This document shows, piece by piece, positions 61,024-63,106 of a stretch of DNA of 63,106 bases. The notes under the pieces are model-generated. The model saw only the letters and a program-made list of their open reading frames with translations. It did no database searches and had not been told where the DNA came from. The position numbers were made by a program, and so were the translations under genes. The number at the start of each line of letters is the position of its first letter. Positions within the stretch are counted from its first letter, which is position 1. The stretch lies in NCBI GenBank assembly GCA_963663405.2, contig CAXXSM010000133.1, forward strand, positions 1-63,106. The letters are read 5' to 3'. This stretch comes from a bacterium. GTDB taxonomy: Bacteria; Hinthialibacterota; Hinthialibacteria; Hinthialibacterales; Hinthialibacteraceae.

Positions 61024-61639
61024 CGCCGCTTGGCTGTCTTCTACGCTTCGCTCGCTTTTCGGGCGGCCTCCGGCATCGTTTTTTTTAGCGGCTCCACCAG
61101 GCGGCCGGCTTGGATCGCCTTATTCAACGTATTCCGCTTAAGGCCCAACTGATCGGCGATCTCCGCTCGAGAGAGCCCCTCGTTCAAGAACTCTTGCGCT
61201 TGCTGGAGGACGTCTTTTGTCAAGACATGCGCGCCTCGCGTTCGAGGCGTTTCAAAAAACGCCGCCGCTCCGCCTTTCCGGTATTTCTTGACCCACCGCT
61301 TCACGCTGATCGCGCTCACGCCAAACGCTCGGACAATCTCCATTTGCGTGCATTGCCCGTTCACGACAAACTGACTGGTAATCAAACGGAAACTCTTTTG
61401 ATCGGTTTCCGGATGCGTGTAAATAGGAAAGGCGCCATGAAAATAATAGACCGAACCGTCCTGCTTCCGGTACGAGAGTACATCGGTGATGTAGCCTTCC
61501 TCGACATCGGCAAAGTGGGGTAAGAATCCTTGTGGCATCAACCGGGCTCCTTTTCGGATCGAGCATTTTTATCCCCAAAAAGGTATCTTGCCAAAATCAT
61601 CAACTCTACGGAATCCCCCGGCCCAGCTCAGGAGGTCTG
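59309..61639 (-). mobile_element. Complete 2331-bp insertion sequence, family unassigned
   Basis: TIRs CAGACCTCCTGATCTGGG / CAGACCTCCTGAGCTGGG. AAATT is duplicated at 59304-59308 and 61640-61644. Interrupts a host ORF. Confidence 0.92.
61041..61541 (-). CDS. IS OrfA, tandem helix-turn-helix protein
   Basis: EIVRAFGVS..SVKRWVKKY and EIADQLGLKRNTL; ends just after an A8 slippery run. Confidence 0.8.
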   Translation of the reverse strand: MMPQGFLPHFADVEEGYITDVLSYRKQDGSVYYFHGAFPIYTHPETDQKSFRLITSQFVVNGQCTQMEIVRAFGVSAISVKRWVKKYRKGGAAAFFETPRTRGAHVLTKDVLQQAQEFLNEGLSRAEIADQLGLKRNTLNKAIQAGRLVEPLKKTMPEAARKASEA

Positions 61640-62149
61640 AAATTACTGATTCTTAAAGAGCAATTGGCGAAAGATGAAAAATTATCAAAAATATCGACTA
61701 CGCCTATCCGGTTTCCAACTGAGATATTAATAGAAAGAGAAGCGCAACTGTCGAAGAAAAGGAAAACACATGAGAATAATTCAACCGATTCAAATGCAGG
61801 AAAGAATATATGTAATCTTGGTGGTTTTGATCCTAATTTTTATCTAATAGTACCCGAAATACCTTAAAACGAAAACGGAGTAGAATTCAATCGCAAATTT
61901 CGGAATAAGGATTCATTCTTATATTGTTCTTCAGCCTTTCTTCTCTTGCTCTCCATCCCGATAACCCACAATTCAATCTTTAAAAGTAAAAGAATTCCAA
62001 ATCGATTCCACTCAGCTCAATTCTCCGATCGGATAAAGCAGATATGGAACGATTACGCATACCCCAGCACACTATCGGATGCGAGATCTTTGTATGGCGC
62101 TTCAATCCGCCGCGCCCAAGTTTTCATCTCCCAATATGATTCATGAAAA

Positions 62150-62268
62150 TGGCGCCTCATAAAGACGCGACCCTGCTTCCTTGCATAATTTCCGGAAAGT
62201 CGCCAGGGCAGAAAAAAGCCTTGCCCTGGGCACCCGCGAAAGCGCCGGTACTTGCCCTGGGCGCCCGC
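62150..62268. repeat. Mosaic of REP-like families A, B and C
   Basis: TGGCGCCTCATAAAGACGCGACCC abuts TCCTTGCATAATTTCCGGAAAG, followed by two CTTGCCCTGGGC.CCCGC units. Confidence 0.8.
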
Positions 62269-62309
62269 GTATTGAATTTAATCTAAAATGATTCCGCTTA
62301 CACTATAGA

Positions 62310-62879
62310 TCACTGCTCGACGTAGAAAAATTCAGCCCGGCGGTTTTGGGCCCAGGCTTCTTCACTGTCGCCCTGTGCGAGAGGACGTTCTTCTCCCCAG
62401 CTGCGAGTGACGATGCGCTGTCCGCTCATCCCACGTTCGATGAGAAATTCGGCCGTAATCTTGGCTCGATTTTCACCGAGGATGATATTGTATTCATTGG
62501 TGCCTCGCTTGTCGCAGTGTCCTTCAATGATGAGGATGTATTGCGGTTTATCCGCGAAAAATGCGGCGACATTATTTAAGCAATCAACCCATTCAGGTTT
62601 TATTTCGGCTTTATCGTAATCAAAGTGAATTCTTTGACACAACCCGGCGCTTTTATATTCTTCCAGTTCTGTCAGGGGGATTTGTTCACCGGCGAGATCG
62701 GCACGCGGAATTAATCCCGATCCACCGGCGCCGCTATCATCCCCTGTGGAGGAGATTCCTTTTATCGCTTTCACCTGTGCGCCGGTTCTGCCTGTGTCCG
62801 TGCTTGCGCATCCGAACGTAAAAGCGATCGCCAGTGATAGAATCAATCCCTGTATCCATGTTCCATACTGCTTTTGCAT
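62310..62879 (-). CDS. pal: Pal/OmpA-family peptidoglycan-associated lipoprotein
   Basis: Lipobox TFGC, IHFDYDKA, EGHCD.RGT.EYN..LGE.RA, SWGEERP, NRRAEF. Confidence 0.85.
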   Translation of the reverse strand: MQKQYGTWIQGLILSLAIAFTFGCASTDTGRTGAQVKAIKGISSTGDDSGAGGSGLIPRADLAGEQIPLTELEEYKSAGLCQRIHFDYDKAEIKPEWVDCLNNVAAFFADKPQYILIIEGHCDKRGTNEYNIILGENRAKITAEFLIERGMSGQRIVTRSWGEERPLAQGDSEEAWAQNRRAEFFYVEQ

Positions 62880-62987
62880 TTAGCCATGCCTCCTGTTTGT
62901 CCTTTATTTGGTACGCAAAATCCACGGATCGTGCGTTTGGTATCTTTTTTTCGCGTGTTTGGATGAGTGTTGGTGATCGAACCGGTT

Positions 62988-63106
62988 TCAACCGCCGCCA
63001 ACAGGAATCGCGTAGAATTCCACTCGCCGATTCAACCGGTAAGCGCTTTCCGCGTCCCGTGAATCCAATGGTTTTTCTTCTCCCCAACTCCGGCAATAGA
63101 GACGCC
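62988..63106 (-). CDS. 3' end of a second OmpA/Pal-family gene (not in the ORF track)
   Basis: Manual translation from 63104: RLYCRSWGEEKPLDSRDAESAYRLNRRVEFYAIPVGGG*. Confidence 0.8.
   Translation of the reverse strand, partial: RLYCRSWGEEKPLDSRDAESAYRLNRRVEFYAIPVGGG

Larger units (their letters stand above)
58856..61867 (+). pseudogene. AT-rich secreted hypothetical gene interrupted by the IS, plus frameshift at A10 (59127-59136)
   Basis: Removing 59309-61644 gives in-frame ...RISK-LLILKEQLAK...PEIP*; signal peptide at the N-terminus. Confidence 0.75.

Noticed and set aside
61946-62146. 66-aa ORF after the IS-split gene
   Set aside because: TTG start, no RBS and no motif.
62737-63096. 119-aa minus-strand ORF in the track
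   Set aside because: Wrong frame; it overlaps pal and the true OmpA-like frame ending at 62988.

Overview
Bacterial chromosomal window, mostly housekeeping and envelope genes. It contains a minus-strand type II secretion-like operon (gspE-F-H-I-J-K, PilM/N-like, PilO-like, GspC-like, secretin; no major pseudopilin gspG seen) and a stand-alone pilC/gspF. Metabolic and translation genes include sugar catabolism (xylB-like kinase, two TIM-barrel epimerases/isomerases, a DhnA-like aldolase, a Tat Gfo/Idh/MocA oxidoreductase), serA, mqnA, a 5-formyl-THF cyclo-ligase/TsaE fusion with tsaB and rimI, udk, an anti-sigma/anti-anti-sigma pair and an XPB helicase pair. There are three toxin-antitoxin loci (orphan ParD-like, HicAB, Panacea plus putative toxin). 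One complete 2331-bp IS (TIRs, AAATT target duplication, A8 -1 frameshift site) splits a host gene. Intergenic DNA is rich in palindromic repeats: several GTAG-type REP-like families and an element whose arms are built from 9-bp-period (C/A)AGGAT units, including a nested copy. Several AT-rich accessory genes are bracketed by these repeats. About a dozen single-base frameshifts, mostly in short homopolymers, probably reflect long-read assembly error. No CRISPR array, rRNA or tRNA was recognised. All product calls come from motif recognition by eye; no database searches were run.
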